Below are positions 7,499 through 17,600 of a DNA stretch of 32,000 nucleotides, one piece after another; positions within the stretch are counted from its first letter, which is position 1; the number at the start of each line of letters is the position of its first letter. The stretch lies in NCBI GenBank assembly GCA_003144275.1, contig NJBF01000023.1:39190-71189 (forward strand), in the 5' to 3' direction. The translations under genes and the position numbers were made by a program. The notes beneath the pieces were generated by a model, which saw nothing but the letters and a program-made list of their open reading frames with translations, had not been told where the DNA came from and made no database searches. Origin of the DNA: Candidatus Heimdallarchaeota archaeon B3_Heim (GTDB lineage Archaea > Asgardarchaeota > Heimdallarchaeia > Hodarchaeales > Hodarchaeaceae).

Positions 7499-8704
7499 TC
7501 AATCATACCTAATTCTTGGGTCAACAAAAGCATACAGAATGTCCACAAGGAGATTGCTAAGCACATAGATTAATGCGGTAACCATAACAAACCCTTGAAT
7601 TGCTGCAATATCTAAGTTTGATACCGCGGTTACGGCCCATCGGCCAATTCCTGGCCAGTCAAAAACCGTTTCAGTTAATACGGTTCCAGTTAATAACCCA
7701 GCTAAAGAAAGCCCTGCTATAGTAAGCGTAGGAATTAATGCATTCTTTAATGCGTGCCGGTATATAATTACTCTCTCAGAGAGACCTTTAGATTTTGCAA
7801 GTAAAATGAAATCTTGCCGCATTGTTTCAATCATGGCCATTCTTGTCATTCTTGTAATGAGCGCCATTTGTACCCATGCAAGACAAAATGCTGGTGGGAA
7901 AATGTGAATTAATGCATCAATAAACAGCTCCAAGCTCACGAGAATTGATTCGAGAGCAGGAACTCCTGCGGGTAAATACAACAGATTATCAATTAAGTAA
8001 AAACCAGTTGTCGGTATTGGTCCAAGATCTAAAAATGGTAGCAAATTAAGGAGGCCTACTACTGCACCAAGGATATTATCCTCCTTCGCAAAAAATTTAT
8101 TTACATTATACCGCTCATGATAAGGCATTTTAATTCCAAGACCTAAATCTTCAAAAATCATATTAGAATTAAATATCAATACTTGTAACATTAGACCAAG
8201 CCAGAATATTGGCATGGAAACACCAGATAATGCTGTAATTCGAGAAATTTGATCTGGTAGTTGATCCTTTCTAGTTGCGGATACAATACCGAGAGGGATA
8301 CCAATGACTACAGCAAAAATCATCGAAAATATGGCTAACTCCGCAGTAGCTGGGAAACGGGTTATAATTACGTCTAAAACAGGTAGGGGAGGCCGAAACG
8401 AGGCCGAAACTCCCAAATCTGGAGGTCTTAAGTACCAAGACCCTATATTTGTAAGCTCTGGCGTTTCGAGTGGCCAAAGCCGTTGAAGATACCTAATATA
8501 TTGTATGTGAAGGGGTTGATCAAGTCCTAGTTGTTCTGTTAAGAGTTGAATCCTTGCTTCTGTTAATCGATCTTGATCTTCTCCGATATACGAAGCAATC
8601 GGGTCTCCAATGCTATTGGAGAGAATAAAACTCATAATACTAACCCCGAACATTACGGGGATTAACAATAACAGTCTTTTTATCGCATAGTCTCTTAATT
8701 TCAT
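7499..8704 (-). CDS. oppB: Oligopeptide ABC transporter permease OppB/DppB
   Basis: YAIKRLLLLIPVMFGVS..GDP, LGLDQPLHIQYIRYL, RFPATAEL, SMPIFWLGL, TGFYLID, EAA-like FILLAKSKGLSERVIIYRHALKNA, ETVFDWPGIG and DPRIR. Confidence 0.96.
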   Translation of the reverse strand: MKLRDYAIKRLLLLIPVMFGVSIMSFILSNSIGDPIASYIGEDQDRLTEARIQLLTEQLGLDQPLHIQYIRYLQRLWPLETPELTNIGSWYLRPPDLGVSASFRPPLPVLDVIITRFPATAELAIFSMIFAVVIGIPLGIVSATRKDQLPDQISRITALSGVSMPIFWLGLMLQVLIFNSNMIFEDLGLGIKMPYHERYNVNKFFAKEDNILGAVVGLLNLLPFLDLGPIPTTGFYLIDNLLYLPAGVPALESILVSLELFIDALIHIFPPAFCLAWVQMALITRMTRMAMIETMRQDFILLAKSKGLSERVIIYRHALKNALIPTLTIAGLSLAGLLTGTVLTETVFDWPGIGRWAVTAVSNLDIAAIQGFVMVTALIYVLSNLLVDILYAFVDPRIRYD

Positions 8705-8987
8705 ACTTTACCCAGCCAAAAGTATTTCCTCTTCGTAGGCAATAATTGATTTGTACGAATAAATCATTTTCATCTTAGAAATTAGTTTCGTTCTGACAAG
8801 AATGAATATAGAGCGGAAATAAATCCATTCAGTCAGCACTTTGCTTGTTTTTTGAATTTTTTCAAAGACAAAAATAATTTTGAGAGGATAATGTATTTTC
8901 TTTTCATATATGATACAGAACGCAACAGAAAAATTCTTTTAAAAACAAATTGCTTAATGCAAGATTTCCTGATAATATATACTATCG

Positions 8988-9479
8988 TTAAGAATCCAAT
9001 GGCTTTTGATTTAGATGAATGTGGATTTTCTTTCGCGTAGTTCCTAGATAGATAAAGCCTATAATCAATATAATAGGTCCGATTATTGAAAGAACAAAAC
9101 CTATCTGGAGAGCAATCGGATTTTCAAGACCGATGGAGGATGCCTTTGTATATGCATTAAAAATATCTTTTATAACAAAGATTATTCCAACAAACGAGCT
9201 CATAAATGACAACGCTAGAATAACCATCACATTTTCTAGCTTTTTATCAATATCTATGGAGTTTAATTTGCCTAAATAGTTATATCCCAGAAACCCTCCA
9301 GTAAACACCATCAACGTGCCAAATGTCAACGTTAGTGATTCAGTAAAATATAAATTCCCTCCAGTTAACTGTAATACTACGTTTTGATCGTGACGTATTG
9401 ATATAAAGGGTATACTTAATCCAATTAGAGAGAAAAGTCCACTAGACGTGAAAAGCAGGAATAAGATTTTTTGTCTCAT
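8988..9479 (-). CDS. Hypothetical 4-TM membrane protein (163 aa from MRQKILF)
   Basis: Four hydrophobic segments. The start is moved to ATG 9479 because the 9578 start overlaps the upstream gene. Confidence 0.7.
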   Translation of the reverse strand: MRQKILFLLFTSSGLFSLIGLSIPFISIRHDQNVVLQLTGGNLYFTESLTLTFGTLMVFTGGFLGYNYLGKLNSIDIDKKLENVMVILALSFMSSFVGIIFVIKDIFNAYTKASSIGLENPIALQIGFVLSIIGPIILIIGFIYLGTTRKKIHIHLNQKPLDS

Positions 9480-9537
9480 TTTTATTTCATCAGTAAAAGT
9501 CAACGATGTACCTCTTTCATACAAGTCTTTAATAATT

Positions 9538-9834
9538 TCAATATATATCTTTTTTTGTATAATAGATAATAAAACCAATAATTAGTAAAACAATGGCAAT
9601 ACCCATAAGAATAATCGAATTAAATGTTAACTGGTTCGCCAAATCACGATAGTATATTGCCGCTCCAACATGACCCGCTTCAAGATAAAATTTCAAATTA
9701 TCAATACAAACACCGCTTGCTAGCAAAAAGGTTAAAGAAAGAAAGATCAGGGGGATAGCAAGAAAGACAAAGTATTTCTCTTTTTCCCTCTTTGGTTTAC
9801 TAATCTTTAAAATTGGAGTATCTACCATTTTCAT
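9538..9834 (-). CDS. Small hypothetical 2-TM membrane protein
   Basis: 98 aa with a basic N-terminus and two TM segments. Starts 10 nt after the permease stop (RBS-like GAGGT). Confidence 0.7.
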   Translation of the reverse strand: MKMVDTPILKISKPKREKEKYFVFLAIPLIFLSLTFLLASGVCIDNLKFYLEAGHVGAAIYYRDLANQLTFNSIILMGIAIVLLIIGFIIYYTKKDIY

Positions 9835-9844
9835 ATACCTCTTG

Positions 9845-12616
9845 TTATTTAATTACGAAAATACCTTCACCAAGCAGCATTCCTCTTATGATAATTATAA
9901 TGAGGAATATAACAATGATATAATATAGAATCATGATTAATTTGGATAGATGACGGAAATAGGCTGGAATGAGAATATTCTCAAACGAGATCAGTTTGGG
10001 TAGATCAAGTTTTTTTAACATTTGTTCCGTTAAAGAGCGAATAGGACGGGCTGATATCGTTGCTACAACTTCTTTCTGGCTAGATTTATATGCTGGAATG
10101 ATTGTACTCGCTATTGTAAATAGAAACGAGACGAATAACCACAATGCAACATGGTCAAGTGGAAAATTCAATGTAATAGGAATACTCAAGGAAATATACC
10201 ATACGAGTAGGAGAGCACTAAATAATCCATCAAAAAAACCAAAAAATAGCGCGGTTATACCTAACGTCACCGATTCAACTAGAAAAATTGTAAATACTCC
10301 CCATTTCGATAAACCCATGCTACGCATAATTCCCATCTCCCTCTCCATTTGCAGAGTGGACATCAACACACCGACAAATTGTGCAATTCCTGCGAGAATA
10401 AATGTCTCAAAAAAGAGAATTTGAAATAAATTTGCCTGGAAGATTAGACTATTTTCAATGATTTTGCCATAATGCCCAATACCGATAACTTCTTTTAGAA
10501 AGGGGTATGTAAGTGACAAGTTCCCTTCAGTCTCCGACAGACTAAAACCTTCTATTACATCACAGACGAATAATTGAGCTAAGGAGGAGTTGAATAGTTC
10601 TTGAAAATAAGAAGTTCCAATATACAGATATCTTCCATTACCCAGAAAAATATTTCCTTTGATAATTGCTGCTATACGTATATTTACAGTGTTGTTTGAA
10701 GATGTTTTCATTGATATATTAGAACCCATCGGCTTATTAATTGCACGATATAGATCTTCTGAAATTAAAGAGTTTATAATCGAAGGAGCAGAGGTGTTGG
10801 TTTCTAAAAATTGAAAGCTTGGTACGTCTAAGATTGAATCGTAAACATTTTCAGCAAAAATTGAATACTGAGTTGGATCAACTCCATATACGTAGCCATT
10901 GGATTCACTAATCTCAGTTCGTATTTCTTGAACGTATGCAACTTGTTTTATACGTTCATTTGCGAGTAAGCTTTCGGAAAAATTGATTGCTTGTCCAGGG
11001 TCATTCGCTTTGACTACTAGATCGACATTTCCCCATTGCCCCTGGTAATATTGGGGAACACTAGCTATTATAGTCGAAGAAACAACTCCTACCAATATAA
11101 TAAATGTTAACGCAATAGAAGATGTCATTATTGTAAAGAATGATCTCTGGAATTCACGTGCAATATTCCTCATCGAGATAAGACCTAACCGTACTTTAAA
11201 GGTCTTGAAAAATAATTCTCCAGCTTTGGGTAAGAAGAATAATAATCCTGCCTCAACAAAAAGTGTCCCAGCAAAAATCAAGACAATTGTCATAAATTGA
11301 ATAGAAAACAAAGAAAAGTCTAGGAATTGCGTGGTACTCGAAAAATTAGATAGAAAATAACCAGTAAAAGCCAAGACAATTCCAATAATTACTGTATATC
11401 TCCAGTACTCTGGAAGAGAAGATTTTTTAGCTGTTCTTATTTTAGAATGAATATTTTGAATTATAGGTTCCCGTATAATTAAATATAAAGGAAAAATTCC
11501 CGAGAAAAATGCCACTAGAATACCAGAGAGGAAGACCGTAATAACAGAGGCCGGATTAATAAGCACAGCTTGGAAATCTAAACTTGGATAAAACTGATCG
11601 ATTACACCAACTAATAAATTAGAGAAACTTATTCCAACGATTACACCCAAGATTCCACCGATGACGGAATACACAAGAATTTCATAGAACAATAGTAAAA
11701 ATACTTGTTTTGTACTAATTCCAACAGTTCGAAGAATACCATACTCCTTTTGTCTTTCACGCACAGCAATTGTCAGGATATTAGTGGTAAAAAGAAATTC
11801 TACAAGTAAGGATGCAAGAATTACAATATTCATTGCAATGGAATATGCTTTTATCCCAAGGACTTGGAGTTCAGAAATTTCCTTTCCTACAAATACATCA
11901 TATTCTGGACCAAGAAAGTCTTTGATATTTTCCGAGATCTTTCTAATCTCAATGAAATCTCTGGTTGTAACATCTATCCTCATATTTAACGAGTCAATTT
12001 CTGGTGTAATCTCAAATAAATCAAGCATTGTGTTTATATCAATTAAAATAACAGCAAAAGCTTCTCTATTTCCAAAGAATGGTGGTGCCGAAAATATTCC
12101 TCCAACAATTAATTCAGCACCTTTAAATCCAATTTCTGGTAATTGAGGTAACTCTATTGTTTCTCCCAATGATAACCCCATAAAATCTTTAACCGTCTGT
12201 GAAATTATGATAGTACGTCCGACACCAGTCCTAAACCCCTCGGTGACATTCAAAATTGGTACATCAGGATGAGAATGGAAATTTACACCATATATTAACG
12301 CATTAACAGGATATCCAGTTTCATTCTGTATCACATCTGCTGAGATATAGTATACTTCAGAAGCTTTTTGAACCCCTGGCACAGAGTGAACTTTAGATGT
12401 AAGATTTTGTAATTCAGCTAAGCTTACCCACTTTTTCGGATGAACACTTATATCAGAATAATTTTGGTTTCGGTTATCAAAAAGAAAATCTGCGTAAATA
12501 GTGTCAACTGTTACAATTACTGCCATCTCTAGAGCAAGAGTAACGGTTATTCCGAATATTAGCAGAAATGATCTTTGTTTTGAGCGAAAAACATTTCTAA
12601 ATGCTAGCTTAAGCAT
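9845..12616 (-). CDS. MacB/FtsX-like ABC transporter permease, internally duplicated (type VII ABC-like)
   Basis: Two homologous halves, LAFRNVFRSKQRSFL...RERQKEYGILRTVG and ISMRNIAREFQRSFF...EREMGIMRSMG, each with a large extracytoplasmic domain. Start is ATG 12616 or GTG 12625. Confidence 0.9.
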   Translation of the reverse strand: MLKLAFRNVFRSKQRSFLLIFGITVTLALEMAVIVTVDTIYADFLFDNRNQNYSDISVHPKKWVSLAELQNLTSKVHSVPGVQKASEVYYISADVIQNETGYPVNALIYGVNFHSHPDVPILNVTEGFRTGVGRTIIISQTVKDFMGLSLGETIELPQLPEIGFKGAELIVGGIFSAPPFFGNREAFAVILIDINTMLDLFEITPEIDSLNMRIDVTTRDFIEIRKISENIKDFLGPEYDVFVGKEISELQVLGIKAYSIAMNIVILASLLVEFLFTTNILTIAVRERQKEYGILRTVGISTKQVFLLLFYEILVYSVIGGILGVIVGISFSNLLVGVIDQFYPSLDFQAVLINPASVITVFLSGILVAFFSGIFPLYLIIREPIIQNIHSKIRTAKKSSLPEYWRYTVIIGIVLAFTGYFLSNFSSTTQFLDFSLFSIQFMTIVLIFAGTLFVEAGLLFFLPKAGELFFKTFKVRLGLISMRNIAREFQRSFFTIMTSSIALTFIILVGVVSSTIIASVPQYYQGQWGNVDLVVKANDPGQAINFSESLLANERIKQVAYVQEIRTEISESNGYVYGVDPTQYSIFAENVYDSILDVPSFQFLETNTSAPSIINSLISEDLYRAINKPMGSNISMKTSSNNTVNIRIAAIIKGNIFLGNGRYLYIGTSYFQELFNSSLAQLFVCDVIEGFSLSETEGNLSLTYPFLKEVIGIGHYGKIIENSLIFQANLFQILFFETFILAGIAQFVGVLMSTLQMEREMGIMRSMGLSKWGVFTIFLVESVTLGITALFFGFFDGLFSALLLVWYISLSIPITLNFPLDHVALWLFVSFLFTIASTIIPAYKSSQKEVVATISARPIRSLTEQMLKKLDLPKLISFENILIPAYFRHLSKLIMILYYIIVIFLIIIIIRGMLLGEGIFVIK

Positions 12617-13243
12617 TGAATTCACTGTAACAGTTATAGTTCTCTATAAAGGAATTTCAGAAAAACTCTATTTAAGAGTAAATCGTTCAATGCACTCCTA
12701 ATTGGTATGTGTTTAATTGCTTACTGATGAAGGAATCAAATTACCATAACTAAATTTGTCAAACAACTATTTAGCAAATAGTTCTGGACAAGATGAGTCA
12801 CACATCCGCTATCAGGCAGGTTAGCAACAGGAGAATGTATGCTTTCCATTGGGACTACTTGAAACAAATCTATTTGAAACATCCCAAACACCATTGATTT
12901 TCCACCAGATTGGCCATTCTTCTCTTGCCTTTGACGGGTAACTCGTCTAACGTAGTTACAAGAAATTCTGACCTAAGAGCTAAGAAGATTTTTTTGTCAT
13001 CACCTCGGGGTTGAACACGTATGGGAGGGAGGCCTTTTAAGATTGTGCGAGAGAGGTCAGCGAATACAAGAGATATTCCTTTGTCGGACAAAAATAATAA
13101 GGGTAAGATAAGAATGACTCGTGTACATTTGGAAGAAAACACTCAAAGAATAGCCATTAATATTTCAATTTAAACTAGCAATCTGTGAAATTTAGTATTT
13201 AAACATAAATTTTGTCTTCTTTACATATACGTGGGAACTTCCA

Positions 13244-14554
13244 GTGGATATTATTACAGGTTTACTACTAACAGGCATTTTTTTTATTATATTAGTTTTA
13301 ATTGCATCCGAAAAGTTTGACAAGGTATCTATAACTCTTGTAGGCGTTGTTGTTACAGTTATCGTTGCGAGTTCAGTAAATTTAATTCGAGAAATAAACA
13401 TCGTATACCAATGGCTTGATATCGAACTTATCATGACCATTGTGGGTGTTACGATAATAATGGAGATGTTGAAATCTTCAGGGTTGTTAGAAGTATTTAT
13501 ACTTTATATATTAAGAAGTATTAGAGGTTCCTTCTATGTTCTTACCATGATATTATCTCTTTCCGTATTAGTGCTGAGTATGATGATTACCAATGTTTTA
13601 GCATTAATCATTGTATCTTCTATCACAATTCTCATTGCTACTATTGCTGAATTTGATCCTAAACCTATATTGTTTCTGGAACTTGTTTATTCCAATCTTG
13701 CGGGCATGCTAACTCCTATCGCTTCCTATACAGCAGCATATGTTTCATTAGAACAGAATTGGTCTTATTTAGACTTCCTCATTTTGAGTTTACCTTTTGT
13801 GGTCATAATGGTTTTACTAACAATCCCTGTCACCTATTATATGTTTAAAGACTCATTTATGGCAATGAAAGAAAAAGAGAAAACATTTGGAATTGAACTC
13901 CAACGTCTTCTCCATACAATTGATCCATGGAGTTTTGTTGATTCGCGTAAGGATTTCTATAAAGCAACTATCATTTTTATAATAGTTACAATATTTCTTG
14001 CGATTGGAACATCAGTAGGATTCAGTGTAGATGTCATTTGTATTGGAGGGGGTGTTATTGTGTTGATCTTCTTTTCTGATCACGTAGATTCATTCATAAG
14101 AGCAGTTGACTGGCCAATGCTCTTTTTTTTAACGGGAATCTTCATTATGTCAGGACTTATTCAACTTACAGAAATACCTCTTCTTCTTGAAGAACCAGCA
14201 CTTAAATTAATTGAAATTTCTCCAGAAATTGGTATAGTGACTTTTTCAGGAATTCTCGGGGCACTAACAAGCATAATTGAAAACATTCCCCTTATATTTC
14301 TTTTACGTCCTGTAATAGACCTTCTTAGTAACAATACAGACCCTAGAATTGTATGGTGGACAATCCTTGCAGTAGTAAATATTACAGATTCAGTTATTCT
14401 TATTAGCAGTGTAAAAGGCATCTATATTATGGAGATGAGCCATAGAGAGGGAATTCCAATCACTTTCATGGAATATTTTCGATATGGTTTATCAATCACG
14501 GGGATACACTTGATTGCGATGGCACTTTATGTTTTTGTTTTATTTCTCCTCTAG
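13244..14554 (+). CDS. ArsB/NhaD (IT superfamily, SLC13-like) permease with divergent motifs
   Basis: 436 aa, ~11-12 TM, GTG start. Family-typical stretches include DKVSITLVG, IDWPMLFFLTGIFIMSG-like VDWPMLFFLTGIFIMSG, SIIENIP and GIPITFMEYFRYG. Confidence 0.8.
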   Translation: MDIITGLLLTGIFFIILVLIASEKFDKVSITLVGVVVTVIVASSVNLIREINIVYQWLDIELIMTIVGVTIIMEMLKSSGLLEVFILYILRSIRGSFYVLTMILSLSVLVLSMMITNVLALIIVSSITILIATIAEFDPKPILFLELVYSNLAGMLTPIASYTAAYVSLEQNWSYLDFLILSLPFVVIMVLLTIPVTYYMFKDSFMAMKEKEKTFGIELQRLLHTIDPWSFVDSRKDFYKATIIFIIVTIFLAIGTSVGFSVDVICIGGGVIVLIFFSDHVDSFIRAVDWPMLFFLTGIFIMSGLIQLTEIPLLLEEPALKLIEISPEIGIVTFSGILGALTSIIENIPLIFLLRPVIDLLSNNTDPRIVWWTILAVVNITDSVILISSVKGIYIMEMSHREGIPITFMEYFRYGLSITGIHLIAMALYVFVLFLL

Positions 14555-14609
14555 AGCTGAGCTACCTTTATCAAATCCTTTCTTCCATGAGAGCGATTGG
14601 TGTTGTTCT

Positions 14610-17600
14610 ATGTCTGAAGTTCAAAAGGAATTAGAAAAAGCTCAAGCTTTTGAAACAACAGGAAATTTCGAAAAGGCTGCAAAATCGTATCTCCAAATTG
14701 CCAAAAGTATTCCAGACGGGCAAAGAAGTTTAAAACTCTATAATAAAGCATTTTTTTCATCTCAAAAAACGGGAAAAAACGCCTTGATGTTCGAGTATGC
14801 ACGACTTTATTATCAACAGCTTTTACAAGAAGAACAACATAAAGCTATCAAAGAACTTCTCCCTACTTTCCTGGATCTATCTGGTCGGATACGAGATAAA
14901 ATTGACGAACTTAAAGTGGAAGGTAAACTAGAAGTTTTAACTTGGGCATTAGATTTATATCAGCTTGCTGGTAACCAAATAGGGGCATATGAGATTAGTC
15001 AAGATATAGGCGACACCTATTTTGTCTTTGGGAAACAATTGTTATCGTCTGGTCATCTCCTAGGAAAGGAAGAAAAATACAATAAGGGTGTTGAACTTTT
15101 TAATCAAGCTATCGAGAGCTATCAGTTGATTTCACTTGATACAACAGTTATGGAGAAAATTCTTGTTGTTAAACTTGAAAAAATCAACCGTTTCATTGAC
15201 ATAAGTCGCCCAGCCGAAGCAATGGAAGATACTGCAAATCTAATGCGTTATTTTAAGACACTGAATGTTGATATTCGTCCCTATTCCCAAAAAGATCTTT
15301 CACTCAGAATTGCGGAATTATTAGCAACAAAAACCTTAGAAAAAGTTCAGAAACAAATTGATATTGCTCGAGTATTACAGAAAACTGCAAGTGCTGGTTT
15401 TATAGAAGCAGAAGAGCCAGGAAGGGTGGCTCCCTTTCTATGGTCGCTTGCTCAAATTTTTGATAAAAACAATAAGATAGAAGACTTTGATACCACAAGT
15501 AATGAGGCATTTAATGCGGCCATTAAAAATGGTAACCAAGACATTGCAGAAAGTATTCTAACCTATTTGTTTGACCAGGGAAAATCGATTTGTGAAAATA
15601 CTATCAATTCACGGATGTTATTAGTAAAAAAGGGGTCGGTTGAATTTCGAAATAATAAGGGTGTCCAATACTTACTCCAACGAATCAAATTAGCGAAAAC
15701 AACTGACGATGAAATCGTAAATCAAACTACTGAATATTTGTTCAATTATGGTCAAACGATGTTTGATAAAAAACTTCGGGTACGTTCTCTTCCATATTTT
15801 GAATATTGCGCGCGTACATGGTGGGATTTACATCAGGATACTGGACGAGCGAGAGAAATCACTACTTTTTTACAAAGCAATTTTGGTGATTTACTAAGTG
15901 AAGGAAAGCTTGATGATGCTGCAACCCAATTAATATCGATCGTTGATTTATTCACGTACTTTGGAGATACAGAAATGGCTGGAGATACAGCTTTTTCTTT
16001 TGCTCAAACTCTTGGTCAAGAAGGAAAAATATCTTATGAGTATGACTTTCTAGAACGATCTTATGCGAATTTTGAGAAATTAAAAGCAACAGAGAAATTG
16101 CAATCATTGATTGATTATCTTATTGAACGTTCTGATCCCTTATTCTCTCATGATGAGAATATGAAAGACAATCTTCAGAATTTTCTCGAATTGATAAGCA
16201 AAACTGGAGCTGCAATCTCAATTGAAAGGCAGGGAGAAGTATTAGCTACAACAACATATAAATTGATTAACAGTAGCTTGATGGATCTTGCATCAAAGTA
16301 CGTAGAAGAAACGTTTGCAATATACAGTTCTTACGATAAGGAACTAGCAGCAGATTTCTATTTCAAAATTGGTACAATGTTAATAGAGAATAATCAAGAG
16401 TTAGCGATTGAAATTATTTCAAAATCGACCCAATTAGCCGCGGATGAATCAGAGCTTGAACAAATTGTTCTTAGAAATCTTCAATATTTAATGGATCAAG
16501 CTCTGGCCTCACCTTTACTAAGAACTAAGCTGCTAATTATTAACCAGCTGGAAAGCATTTCTTCTCTTGTTCATAAAAGTGCAATTTTCAATACATTCCT
16601 CTTTCCATTCGTTCAGAACTTAGCAGAAAAAGCTATGGAACCGGAATATTTATCAGAAACGAATAGATATCTAATGAAAACCTTTACAACATATTTTGAG
16701 GAAGATAATTCACATCCACACTTGGAAGAGATTATTGAGTGGACTAACAAGTTTATTTTAAGCTTGGATCAACCTCATCTACTTACTGAGATGATTCTCT
16801 TAAGTCTGAATTTCCACGAAAAAACCAATAAACCAGATCAATTTATCACTTTTATTTGGCCTATTATGGAGAAACTGTCATCAGAGAAGGAAGACTTCCA
16901 GAAAGCAATCACAATTTATAGACAAACATTTTCCTTCTTGAAACGTCTTAATGCTGAAAATGAAGAATTCACAGATAAAGTCGTATCCTTACTTGATCGC
17001 GATCAGAAATCAAGAATTCATGATGAGCAATTTGAAGAAGCTTGGGCTATTCTTCAAGCTCTATTTCAAATTCTCACGGAAACAGATATGAAAACTCAAG
17101 CTGTGCGATTATATAAGGATAATGCAGTTCTATTTGCCCCTCTTCGATTAGATCTCGCCTTAACAATGTGGGCTCAGGCCAGTGACGAAGCCAAATGTCT
17201 TGAAAATTCAAGGGAAGTAATTGGTGGAATTTGTTCAGATATAAAAGAACATGGATTAACGGTCTACAAAGAACAGCAAAATCTACCTGCTGTACTTCAA
17301 CTCTATAATCAGATCATAGAATTAAATTTAGCCATTGAAAATCTAGTAGGTGTTACGGATAATAGTATTGAGCGTTCAAAATATCTCCTAATGACGGGAG
17401 ACTTCACATCGTTATTAGAATGGGGAGAAAAAAGTCTTCGATTGAGTATTGAGAAGAAACTAATAGATCTTCTTGTGGAAATCACAAATATGTTTTATTC
17501 TGCAGGAAGGAGCTTACTTGAGGAAGATCCAGAAGTAGCCATTACCCTGATTAATACCGCATCAAAGAACTTAAAAGCTTTTGGGGAGAAGGGAATAAAC

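Noticed and set aside
8747-8766. TGATTT-N8-AAATCA upstream of oppB, similar to TGATTT-N5-AAATCA upstream of oppA
   Set aside because: The spacer lengths differ and the half-site is AT-rich, so a chance match is likely in this background.
91-9834. The two 2-TM proteins (91-408 and 9538-9834) as paralogues, since both start MKM and share topology
   Set aside because: No convincing residue-level similarity beyond hydrophobicity.
12811-12830. CAGG...AGCA resembling SRP RNA helix 8
   Set aside because: The spacing does not fit a GNRA-capped helix, and no surrounding GC-rich SRP fold is visible.
12870-13142. 90-aa GTG ORF on the - strand as a real gene
   Set aside because: No family motif, no clear RBS and atypical composition. 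It is kept only as part of the unexplained gap finding.
4546-14609. N-terminal extensions in the ORF track for oppF (to 4584), oppC (to 7566), the 4-TM protein (to 9578) and the solenoid protein (from 14514)
   Set aside because: Each overlaps the neighbouring gene, while a downstream ATG just after the upstream stop (with an RBS-like motif in the oppC case) gives a cleaner start.
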